From: Methanobacteriota archaeon
Lineage (GTDB): Archaea; Thermoplasmatota; Thermoplasmata; SG8-5; DAIRED01
Length of the DNA stretch: 64,000 nucleotides
Assembly: GCA_043799545.1 (NCBI GenBank)
Contig: JAZDNO010000020.1
Span: 1-64,000, forward strand
Reading direction: 5' to 3'
The notes beneath the pieces were generated by a model. The model was not told the origin of the DNA. It was given only the letters and a program-made list of their open reading frames with translations, and did not search any database. Shown here piece after piece: positions 8,705 through 16,015 of this stretch (the first letter of the stretch is position 1; each line of letters opens with the position of its first letter). Position numbers and translations under genes: made by a program.

Positions 8705-8960
8705 CGTTCGCCCCCAAGCGACGGTTTCTATTCGCCGGCTTCACAGGCTCTAAATATTGACGCACCTATATAAATTCTCTACCCCGTCCCTTCGTTGGAC
8801 TTGGGATTGGGGCTTGTATTATTGCCTAAGAACGCTGAGAGCCGTCTTCACTGGCAAGCGCTCCAACCGTGCGCTGCGCTGTCCCGTCGTCGTTGTCAGG
8901 TCGCGTGGCTCTGGCGAGGCATCCACGCCGCCGCTCGTCGTTTGGATGAAGTTCACGGCG
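8705..8960 (+). repeat. Cassette-junction site C
   Basis: CGTTCGCCCCCA then AGCGACGGTTTCTATTCG; ACCCCGTCCCTTCGTTGGACT; GGCGAGGCATCCACGC; GGATGAAGTTCACGG. Confidence 0.8.
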
Positions 8961-9169
8961 GAGTAGGCCGACCTTTACTACAATAACGGCTGTGTGCCCT
9001 TTAAAGCCAAAACGACGCGCAGTATCCCCTCGCTACGAATCCGTTTGTCTTCCACCTAAGCAAAATAAATTCAATATTGGCCAGACAAATAATTACACTC
9101 GTAACGAAACTAATTTATTCACAAGCTATGTATTATCATACATGCCAATAGATATGGCAGGATGATAAC

Positions 9170-9439
9170 ATGACTAGATATCGAGATGGAATAACCAGAC
9201 AAGCTGAAATACCAATGGCTGACCTCAATAAAAAAATTGACTCCTATCACGCCTTGTTGGTTTTGGGAAGGATAAATGATTTAACAGACGGAGAATGGAC
9301 TTCGTTCAATCTAGAGACAAACCTTCACTTCTCTGAATTGAGCGAGGTTGCACAAAAAAAGGTTCTTAAGATAAGGGACCAACAACCATCGCAACATTTT
9401 CGAGGCCAATATTCTAATCCACCAGATGATGATGAGTAA
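9170..9439 (+). CDS. Hypothetical protein (89 aa), inverted relative to neighbouring cargo
   Basis: Open AT-rich ORF with AGGA RBS. Confidence 0.6.
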   Translation: MTRYRDGITRQAEIPMADLNKKIDSYHALLVLGRINDLTDGEWTSFNLETNLHFSELSEVAQKKVLKIRDQQPSQHFRGQYSNPPDDDE

Positions 9440-9493
9440 TGAGTTCTGATGTTCCTAGATAAATCTCTGGTTGCTACTTAATTAAAACGATGA

Positions 9494-9958
9494 TTATTTT
9501 TTTGTCCTAAACTGGTATAGCGCCAACGATAATATAATCATTAAAATTCCCCCAGACACAAAAGTATATGGATTTTGATCTGGGAGCGTAGCCATCCCAA
9601 ATAATAGTATTGCTACAAATACTAAAAAGAGACATAATAAGGGTATTAACTCGCCAGCATTAGATTCCACGCTATTGTTACCTGCTCCAGTTAATGTTGC
9701 TCCATAATTATATTTCCAGGGAGATGTGCGGTAACCACTTTCTTTCATATGTGGGTGCTGACTTCTATGGCAATCTTCACATAGGCACACTAAATTATCG
9801 GAATAGTTTGATCCGCCTTTTGATAATGGAACTACATGGTGGGCATGTAATCTTATCCCTGATGCTCCACACTGTTCACATCGGCCGCCAGCTCTTGAAT
9901 AAGTTGCCTGTCGTTTCGAATCCCAATCCTCAGGGTAATCAGGGAAATTCCAACTCAC
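9494..9958 (-). CDS. HNH endonuclease with two C-terminal TM helices
   Basis: RCEQCG...LHAHHVVPLSKGGSNYSDNLVCLCEDCHRSQH; hydrophobic C-terminal hairpin. Confidence 0.85.
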   Translation of the reverse strand: MSWNFPDYPEDWDSKRQATYSRAGGRCEQCGASGIRLHAHHVVPLSKGGSNYSDNLVCLCEDCHRSQHPHMKESGYRTSPWKYNYGATLTGAGNNSVESNAGELIPLLCLFLVFVAILLFGMATLPDQNPYTFVSGGILMIILSLALYQFRTKK

Positions 9959-10019
9959 AGTTAGTTATTATGTACCACCATTATATGTTTTTCTATGTTC
10001 GTAACTTATAAAATCTATT

Positions 10020-10568
10020 TCACTTTCGATGCGCAAAGTCTATATCTATACCATAGTCGCTATCTTCGGAACTACTTACAGATAATTTAGGTTGGTTATT
10101 GTTAATTTCCTCCTCCAAGTGCTTTAAAACTTTCTCGCATTCAGTTAGTTGTAGACATTGTTCTAGGTCTTGTAATAATTTGCTACAGTTCGGCGAATAG
10201 GATTGTAGGCTAATCCTGAATGTATAATACTCTTTCTTACCAAATTCCTTATTACACCCTTTTTCCTCACCAGCTTTGATAATTGATAACACCTTTACAT
10301 ATTGATTGAAAAAATTATCTATATCTTTAGATGTCAAATTATATTCCTTTTCCAGGTCTGCTGAATACTTCAAATTTTGCCTAAGTGCATTTATGGCATT
10401 CCAATATATTGTGTTCTCTGCTACCTGAATAATATTTGGTCCAGCAATAGCTACCAAAGGTGCATTTTTAATTTGATTAATAATGTTCCTAGAATACTCT
10501 AAAGTAAGATTTAGCAACACATCAGACTTATCATGTATATCTTTACTTTCTTTTGATGCCATTATCAA
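10020..10568 (-). CDS. Hypothetical protein
   Basis: 182-aa AT-rich ORF; no recognised motif. Confidence 0.7.
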   Translation of the reverse strand: MIMASKESKDIHDKSDVLLNLTLEYSRNIINQIKNAPLVAIAGPNIIQVAENTIYWNAINALRQNLKYSADLEKEYNLTSKDIDNFFNQYVKVLSIIKAGEEKGCNKEFGKKEYYTFRISLQSYSPNCSKLLQDLEQCLQLTECEKVLKHLEEEINNNQPKLSVSSSEDSDYGIDIDFAHRK

Positions 10569-10658
10569 TCCCTTTTAATGACCTGATTTCTATCCTGTAT
10601 TTAAAAGGATTTGGAGGGGATACTACGCACGAGACGGGCACACAGCCTTAGCGTCCAG

Positions 10659-10897
10659 TCGGTCGTCCCCCAAGTGACTGTTCCTATTCGGTCTCACGAC
10701 CTCTGAATGTACGTCACACTTATTAAAAATATCGACCCCGTGCCTTCGTTGGACTCGTGATTCTCACTTTATACCCCATTCCTAAGTGTATCCAGATGTA
10801 CCGTGGAGAAACCGGCAAGGCATCCACGCGACCTCTCGTCGCTTACTGGTTGTTCAAGGTCCAGGTGCTGAGCTAAACGACGATACGGTCGTGGCTC
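10659..10897 (+). repeat. Cassette-junction site D
   Basis: CGGTCGTCCCCCA then AGTGACTGTTCCTATTCG; near-identical to site A over 88 nt; GGCAAGGCATCCACGCG; CTGAGCTA...GACGATACGGT; GTGGCTC end shared with B. Confidence 0.8.
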
Positions 10898-10917
10898 CCC
10901 CAGCCGATATCAAACAG

Positions 10918-12276
10918 CTAATAGAAGTTCTCGATTAAACGCTCACCATGTTCTAATATTTCTTGATAACTTAAACCAATGATGTTTTTCGAATCTTCTA
11001 ATGCCCAACGTATGTCGGAATCCTTTTTATAAACGATTAACGTTCCTTTAAAAACCGTTGCTGGAATATCTTCGTAAACTTGCGCATACATTTCTTTAAT
11101 TTCTCCCAGATATCCTCGCAATTGGCTAACAGCATCTTTAGTATTGACATTTTTATCGCTGGGACGTTTAAATTCGATAATGTGAATCTCGCGCGATCTT
11201 GATGTATAACCACCATCGAATATCACTAAATCTGGAATCATGCCAGTATCAGTTTTTCCTTTTGATACGATAAATTCAGGATGCTTCTTATAAAACAATT
11301 GAGAGATTGCGCCATTCTCTTGGTATATTTCAGATATTAAACTATGTCCCATTAGCCAGATATTGTCTTTTATCAAATCATGCGCTTCACATTCATAGGC
11401 ATCACCCTTATGAATAATACTTTTAAAGTCTGTCACAACTGAAATTCGATGTAAATATTTCTGATAAACTTCAAGAATTCCTTTATCTACTGGAATACTC
11501 ATTGTTTCATTAATTTGTTGATATGATGTTTCAAGCATTATATTTTTTAAATCATAGTGGGAGCTAGTTCTAGTCACCCCACTACCCAATATATATATTT
11601 CATACCCTCTTTGCCATATTTTATAGCTATCTTCACCTTCTTTTGGTAAAACTGATGTATCAATAGAATTTCTGACTTCTTGTGATATTGTTTTAATCTC
11701 TCCAATTATGTCCGATGGTGATGACGATTTTGGGATGGCTACGACCATGTCCACTCCATTAGTAAATATACTTAACTTTAATATCTGAAAATTATGTCGT
11801 TCAGCACGGTTAATAAAGCTGTTTTGAACATGCGTTGCACACTCAGACGTGGATATTGCATGCGCTTGATTTTTTGTCGAGAATATTAATCGGAATAACG
11901 TGAATTTATCACATGGTTCGTTTGTTATCTGGTTGACAATACTCCATTTTATTTTTTCTGTTGATGGTCTGTGTTGTTCATAATATTTCATCAAAATTAT
12001 GTATAGCGAACTTTTGACGTAATTATAAACTTCTTCCAACTTGTATTTCGGGCTTACAGAAATATCGAGCCATGTTGTAAAATTACTTGGAAAATATATC
12101 CCTTCAACCTTTACACGATCCAGTTCTTCAATTTTACTATAAAGTTCATTTTTCCATCGTCCAAAACTTTGCTTGATTATCGGCGCACTTACTTCCTCTA
12201 TCTGGATTCGATAAACAATGTAAAAAACCATTCCTTTTCCTTTACCGATATTAGCTAGCCATTCTCTTTTAGCCAT
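10918..12276 (-). CDS. Fusion of two degenerate IS200 TnpA (Y1-HUH)-like domains and a Shedu-like PD-(D/E)xK nuclease
   Basis: FRLIFSTKN...RAERHNFQILKLSIFTNGVDMVVAIPKSSSPSDIIGEIK...IWQRGY (TnpA fold, HUH lost); N-terminal SVSPKYKLEEVYNYVKS resembles a second copy; C-terminal IPDLVI...IIEFKRP...AVSQLRGY...LSYQEIL. Confidence 0.6.
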   Translation of the reverse strand: MAKREWLANIGKGKGMVFYIVYRIQIEEVSAPIIKQSFGRWKNELYSKIEELDRVKVEGIYFPSNFTTWLDISVSPKYKLEEVYNYVKSSLYIILMKYYEQHRPSTEKIKWSIVNQITNEPCDKFTLFRLIFSTKNQAHAISTSECATHVQNSFINRAERHNFQILKLSIFTNGVDMVVAIPKSSSPSDIIGEIKTISQEVRNSIDTSVLPKEGEDSYKIWQRGYEIYILGSGVTRTSSHYDLKNIMLETSYQQINETMSIPVDKGILEVYQKYLHRISVVTDFKSIIHKGDAYECEAHDLIKDNIWLMGHSLISEIYQENGAISQLFYKKHPEFIVSKGKTDTGMIPDLVIFDGGYTSRSREIHIIEFKRPSDKNVNTKDAVSQLRGYLGEIKEMYAQVYEDIPATVFKGTLIVYKKDSDIRWALEDSKNIIGLSYQEILEHGERLIENFY

Positions 12277-12323
12277 TATTCCACCATATTACTCGATAAT
12301 ACGCGAGGGGGTCCACAATCTTT

Positions 12324-12400
12324 GTTCGAATCCGCTCATCCCCAAGTCACGGTTCCTATTCGCGCTCACATGCCACAATGGGAGCGCCCATTTATAAAGT
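12324..12400 (+). repeat. Cassette-junction site E: best-preserved tRNA 3'-end fragment plus short arm and promoter
   Basis: GTTCGAATCCGCTCATCCCCA (12324-12344) parses as tRNA positions 53-73; followed by AGTCACGGTTCCTATTCG; TTTATAAA at 12391-12398. Confidence 0.8.
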
Positions 12401-12408
12401 TTGTTCGT

Positions 12409-12666
12409 TTACCCGAACTCTACGCCTTTATACTTCTCTCCAGATGGCGCCTTCGTCGCCCCCTCCACCCCGTCCTCGACCCCCATCATCATCTCCAGCA
12501 GTTCCTGGAACTTATCCGGATGCATCAGGACAAGAGCCACTCGCTCCTCTATCTCAGCTCCAACCTTCGTTTTGAACTCGATGGCGACGGCATCACCGTG
12601 TAGCCAGACGACGAACTCGTTGGCGTAGACCGGGAGCGGGCTACCATTCACCTTCGCCGTCTTCAA
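12409..12666 (-). CDS. DUF3467-like small protein (paralog 2)
   Basis: PVYANEFVVW...AIEFKTKVG...VLMHP..F; ends KYKGVEFG. Confidence 0.6.
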   Translation of the reverse strand: MKTAKVNGSPLPVYANEFVVWLHGDAVAIEFKTKVGAEIEERVALVLMHPDKFQELLEMMMGVEDGVEGATKAPSGEKYKGVEFG

Positions 12667-12905
12667 GCGAACTCCACCCCATTGTATTCCTTCTCCTCGG
12701 GGATTCCCACGTGCTCCTCCGTCTCCCCTTCCACGATGCTGAACATCGCGTAGAAGATGCGCTCGAACGTCTCCGGGGTCATGAAGACGGTGGTCGCGCC
12801 CTCGGTCTTCTTGCCAATCTTCGTCACGAACTCCATGCCGTAGCAGCCTTTGAGCGCCCAGAGCTTGCAGCCGTTCGCGTACACGGGCGTAGGACCGGCC
12901 TTCAT
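12663..12905 (-). CDS. DUF3467-like small protein (paralog 1)
   Basis: PVYANGCKLW...GMEFVTKIG...VFMTP..F; ends EYNGVEFA; ATGA-type overlaps with both neighbours. Confidence 0.6.
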   Translation of the reverse strand: MKAGPTPVYANGCKLWALKGCYGMEFVTKIGKKTEGATTVFMTPETFERIFYAMFSIVEGETEEHVGIPEEKEYNGVEFA

Positions 12906-13177
12906 CGCTTCCTCCCGTTCAGACTGTCAGCGGTCTTGCGGATGGCGCCCTCGGCGACATCTGGGACGGCGACGGCTGCGAAGAAGGCAGTGAGGATGTA
13001 ACCGTCTACGATGATAGCCGTGAGCAGGCCCAGGAAGCCGGAGAGCAGGAAGCCGAGGTAGAGCTTGCCGGCCTCCATCTTCGGCAGGGTTAGGGTGCCT
13101 TGAGAGCGCACGGCAGTGTGTATGACGCCTCCGGCGAAGCCAGCGAAGGCGAATGACAGTAGCGTGAGGTTGTCCAA
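12902..13177 (-). CDS. Small membrane protein (2-3 TM; holin-like size)
   Basis: FAFAGFAGGVIH, YLGFLLSGFLGLLTAIIV; basic C-terminus. Confidence 0.65.
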   Translation of the reverse strand: MDNLTLLSFAFAGFAGGVIHTAVRSQGTLTLPKMEAGKLYLGFLLSGFLGLLTAIIVDGYILTAFFAAVAVPDVAEGAIRKTADSLNGRKR

Positions 13178-13188
13178 GCCTTTTCCCC

Positions 13189-13299
13189 CTAGTCAACGGT
13201 TCCTGGAGCCTTCTCGGAGCCTACGTGGGGTCTTCTCGGATTCTTCGTGGATTCTTTACGGGGTTGAATCGGAGTTGATACGGAGTTGATCGGCAGCAT
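13189..13299 (-). CDS. Possible 36-aa peptide
   Basis: MLPINSVSTPIQPRKESTKNPRRPHVGSEKAPGTVD with GAGGTGA RBS; fills the operon gap. Confidence 0.3.
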   Translation of the reverse strand: MLPINSVSTPIQPRKESTKNPRRPHVGSEKAPGTVD

Positions 13300-13304
13300 G
13301 GCGT

Positions 13305-13574
13305 TCACCTCGGAGAGCATTTCTCCTTCACGAAGAGGTTGTAGCCAGAGCAGCCGCGCGCCCGCCTGTCGTACTCAGCCTTGAGCTTCCCGGAGAGCTC
13401 GGCCCATTCCTTGGCCGCCCGGGTGAGCCTGGCGCGTTGCTTTCGCTGCTTTCCTGTGTTGGCGTTCCTGGGCTTGGCGTACTTCCGGGCGTATTGCTGG
13501 CCGTGGCGCTCGTAGAATATCAGCTCGCCGAACCTGCCGCTGAACGTGCCGAGGAAGCTGGCCTTGACCTTCAG
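13305..13574 (-). CDS. Unlisted CTG-start paralog of the N-terminal domain of 13587-14171
   Basis: (M)KVKASFLGTFSGRFGELIFYERHGQQYARKYAKPRNANTGKQRKQRARL...WAEL...YDRRARGCSGYNLFVKE; GAGGGGG RBS upstream of CTG. Confidence 0.75.
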   Translation of the reverse strand: MKVKASFLGTFSGRFGELIFYERHGQQYARKYAKPRNANTGKQRKQRARLTRAAKEWAELSGKLKAEYDRRARGCSGYNLFVKEKCSPR

Positions 13575-13586
13575 GGGATTACCCCC

Positions 13587-14171
13587 TCAGGTCGTTACAG
13601 GCTGCGTCTGGTTCGAGACAGGCTGGTTCACCGCGATGGCGACCGTCGTCGGGATGGCGTCCGGCATCAGACCGGACAGGCGCGTGACTCGGTACCCGTT
13701 CCCGGATATCAGCACGTTGTACGGCCCGTCGATGGCCGTGAGCGCGTACTTGACCGTGCCGGTGTCGTCCGTGAGGCCCTTGAAGACGGTGTTCGTGCCC
13801 TTGAGGACTTCGACGACCGCGTTCATCAGCGGGACGCCGTTCGCGCCCGTGACGAGCATCTCGCACATCAGCGGGGGCTCGATGGGAGGTGTGTTGCCCC
13901 TGACGGCCGCGATGTACCTCTTCACATAGAGGTTGAAGCCGGTCATCTTGACCGCCATCTTGTCGTAGAACGACTTCTGCTCCGGGGTCAAGGGTTGCCA
14001 CGAGACCACGGCTTGGTCGAAGAGCTCCCTCTGGTCCACCTGGAACACGGTCTTGGGGTTGTGCGGGATGAAGTACTTCCTGATGTACTCTATCCCCTTC
14101 CAGCGCGAGGCCACGACCTTGTCGCCTATCGCGCCGCTGTACTCGTTGCCGAATATGTTACGGATCTTCAT
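13587..14171 (-). CDS. Basic N-terminal domain (DUF6266-like motif pattern) plus C-terminal beta-sandwich domain; possible virion or DNA-binding protein
   Basis: GNEYSGAIG...YIRKY...NPKT..Q..QR..F...W..L...Y...TGFNLYVK; C-terminal VTGANGVPLMNAVVEV...TDDTG resembles a carboxypeptidase-regulatory-like fold. Confidence 0.6.
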   Translation of the reverse strand: MKIRNIFGNEYSGAIGDKVVASRWKGIEYIRKYFIPHNPKTVFQVDQRELFDQAVVSWQPLTPEQKSFYDKMAVKMTGFNLYVKRYIAAVRGNTPPIEPPLMCEMLVTGANGVPLMNAVVEVLKGTNTVFKGLTDDTGTVKYALTAIDGPYNVLISGNGYRVTRLSGLMPDAIPTTVAIAVNQPVSNQTQPVTT

Positions 14172-14246
14172 TTTAGATCACCTGTGGAAGTGATGGTCGA
14201 GCTGGGTAATAGCAAAATTATGTCTGAACAGGGAATCCTTAAATAC
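14172..14246 (-). promoter_or_regulatory. TATA promoter plus operator-like motif and RBS (homologous to 3668-3741)
   Basis: Minus strand: TTTAAG-GATTC-CCTGTTCAGACA ... CCACAGGTGA before ATG 14171. Confidence 0.6.
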
Positions 14247-14544
14247 TGGCGGCTCAGGTCGGCGGCCACCATCGCCGCGCGAGCTTCTCGTCCCACTTGA
14301 AGTACCGCCCTCGGAAAACGCGGTAGTAGCCAGCGCCACGATTCAGGTTCTCGGGGTCGCTGGCGAAGTGCCTGAACTTCGGGCCGTAGAGACTTCTCAT
14401 GTGTTGGCGCGGCTTTCTCGGTTCCACATGTGGGAATTGGATGGATGGGATATAAAACGTTGGAAAAATGCCTAGGCATCAAAATGCGCGAAAAGTCCAC
14501 AACACCCACAAAATTTATAAAGATAGTCAAACATCAAACATCTT

Positions 14545-14745
14545 ATGATTGGGAAAAACGAAACCTGGCTTCTGTCTAAATGGAAAATGATAATGATACC
14601 TACAGGATCGTATATAGCGATTACAGTTCTACTCTCTTATTATGGATTAGGTCATTGGTGGCTTGAATTAACTGGCCCTATCGCTGTTATTATGGTTATC
14701 ATATCATTTTTTTATTATGTGTGGATGTCGTTCAATAGTGGTTAG
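14545..14745 (+). CDS. Small 2-TM membrane protein
   Basis: Two hydrophobic segments; AT-rich. Confidence 0.55.
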   Translation: MIGKNETWLLSKWKMIMIPTGSYIAITVLLSYYGLGHWWLELTGPIAVIMVIISFFYYVWMSFNSG

Positions 14746-14796
14746 GACTAGTTAACTTTATTTGATTACTCGTGTATTATTGCTTGGAGGTATACA

Positions 14797-14928
14797 ATGG
14801 GAAAGGGAGGAAGGAGTTCGAATGATCAGAGATCCGATGCGAAGAACCCAAACAGTTCGGAGAATCGTTCTGCCTCGGATAACCGGTCAAACCAGATGAA
14901 CCCGAATCACCGTGCATCGAAAAAATGA
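14797..14928 (+). CDS. 43-aa low-complexity protein with an internal (S/D)-x-R-S-x-x-x-N-P-N repeat
   Basis: MGKGGRSSNDQRSDAKNPNSSENRSASDNRSNQMNPNHRASKK; GGAGGT RBS at 14786. Confidence 0.7.
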   Translation: MGKGGRSSNDQRSDAKNPNSSENRSASDNRSNQMNPNHRASKK

Positions 14929-14989
14929 TGCGGATGAATGGAATGGCTAGTAAATCCTTTATTTCAATTAAACTGAGGAGGTAAATATC

Positions 14990-15406
14990 ATGCGTGGAGA
15001 CCCTTGGCATCCAGAATCGATATCTAAAGTCGTAGAAAAACTTGAAATGAAATATGCAGTTAGGCACCCTTACAATTTGCCTGTACAGACCAGGACGGGC
15101 GCATTATACCAGCCAGATATTTGTGCGTTCGATAAACAAACCAACGAATTGAAGCTAATCATTGAACTAGAAACCAAGCACGTACGTAAATCTATCATGG
15201 GTGCAGCAGTTCTGGCTCAAATATGCGTAAGGGAGATGTCCTTGAAGGGGAAGCCAAAATTGCTCTATATCTTGAAAGATATGAGCGACCAAGAGGCCGT
15301 TAGGAAATTACTTGTACGACTGGATAAGATGAGAAGTATGTTGAAGAACGATTATCTCGACGAATCAATTGAGATAATTTCCCTGGATGAATTTCTCAAG
15401 CGTTAA
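14990..15406 (+). CDS. PD-(D/E)xK nuclease-fold protein
   Basis: YQPDICAFD...IIELETK; GAGGAGG RBS. Confidence 0.65.
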   Translation: MRGDPWHPESISKVVEKLEMKYAVRHPYNLPVQTRTGALYQPDICAFDKQTNELKLIIELETKHVRKSIMGAAVLAQICVREMSLKGKPKLLYILKDMSDQEAVRKLLVRLDKMRSMLKNDYLDESIEIISLDEFLKR

Positions 15407-15408
15407 TG

Positions 15409-15597
15409 CTAAGACGCTGGCGGTTTCAACCGATAGTACTCGACGATGGCCTCCAGTATCAGCTCCCGCATAGCGCGGTCCTGGGCGGCGCTTTTAAGCC
15501 GCAGGTAGCGCAGGACGATGTCGGGCAGGGCGACGGTGGTCCTGCGCGTCTCGTCCCAGGAGCCGGTGACCTTGATAGGTGTGTCGAGGGAGTGCAT
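15409..15597 (-). CDS. Ribbon-helix-helix (CopG-like) regulator
   Basis: RRTTVALPDIVLRYLRLKSAAQDRAMRELILEAIVEY. Confidence 0.75.
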   Translation of the reverse strand: MHSLDTPIKVTGSWDETRRTTVALPDIVLRYLRLKSAAQDRAMRELILEAIVEYYRLKPPAS

Positions 15598-15633
15598 CCA
15601 GGAAGATATAGGAAAGGTGGGATATATAATTGG

Positions 15634-15855
15634 TCATCGTTTCGTTTTATTTTTACCTTTCAGGAGTGACTTCATCTCGTCAAGTGATACCGTCTCAGCA
15701 GGTGTCATCAGGGAGATGCGCAGGAATTTCCCTTCGATTTTGACCTCGGACATCAGAGTTCCCATCTCAACTATGTCAAAGTTCATTCCCCTCTTCTTCA
15801 ATTCGTTAATTCGGTAGTCTAGAGCCGTGTGCATCTCTTCTCTCAATGTTGTCAT
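15634..15855 (-). CDS. Hypothetical protein (73 aa)
   Basis: CAGGTG RBS; open ORF. Confidence 0.6.
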   Translation of the reverse strand: MTTLREEMHTALDYRINELKKRGMNFDIVEMGTLMSEVKIEGKFLRISLMTPAETVSLDEMKSLLKGKNKTKR

Positions 15856-15998
15856 AGGACACCTGCGGAGGCATCGCTCACTACGAGTAAAAGGTTTGCG
15901 AATTGGGAAAGAAATAAAAAAAGAAAAGGTGGGGATTTACCCTATTGCGGAAATTCTAGTACCCCTCGTTCTAAGAGTTAGCCAGATGGTCTCACTCT

Positions 15999-16015
15999 GA
16001 CTCCGGGTGGGCCCA
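15999..16015 (+). other. Candidate att scar: tRNA 3'-end-like 17-mer followed by a T-tract
   Basis: GACTCCGGGTGGGCCCA parses as tRNA positions 57-73 (T-stem CCGGG, acceptor TGGGCCC, discriminator A), followed by TTTTTT, at the island/host transition. Confidence 0.45.

Larger units (their letters stand above)
1..16015. mobile_element. Mosaic integrated island / provirus-like remnant (left end and integrase outside the window)
   Basis: Alternating AT-rich cargo and GC-rich small-gene blocks; defence-like ORFs; attC-like hairpins; repeated tRNA 3'-end fragments; a tRNA-3'-like 17-mer plus T-tract at 15999-16021, after which uniformly GC-rich housekeeping genes begin. Confidence 0.8.

Noticed and set aside
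9034-9056. CGAATCCGTTTGTCTTCCACC as a tRNA 3' fragment
   Set aside because: It does not parse with correct T-stem/acceptor spacing and has no associated arm.
10918-12276. Active IS200/IS605 element
   Set aside because: The HUH motif is lost, the domain is fused to a nuclease unlike TnpB, and no subterminal hairpin ends were recognised.
6343-12400. Sites A-E as a CRISPR array, canonical attC sites or group II intron ends
   Set aside because: Spacing is 1-2 kb with whole genes between. There is no RYYYAAC/GTTRRRY pairing across the sites, no domain V (GAGCCG...CGGTTC) hairpin and no RT or cas gene.
14254-14400. 48-aa minus-strand ORF (MRSLYGPKFRHF...) upstream of the backbone operon
   Set aside because: It looks protein-like but has no clear RBS or motif; insufficient support.
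15918-16015. Complete tRNA or 5S rRNA
   Set aside because: No cloverleaf (no D-arm or anticodon arm, no 5' acceptor strand) and no 5S consensus on either strand. No intact tRNA or rRNA gene was found in the window.
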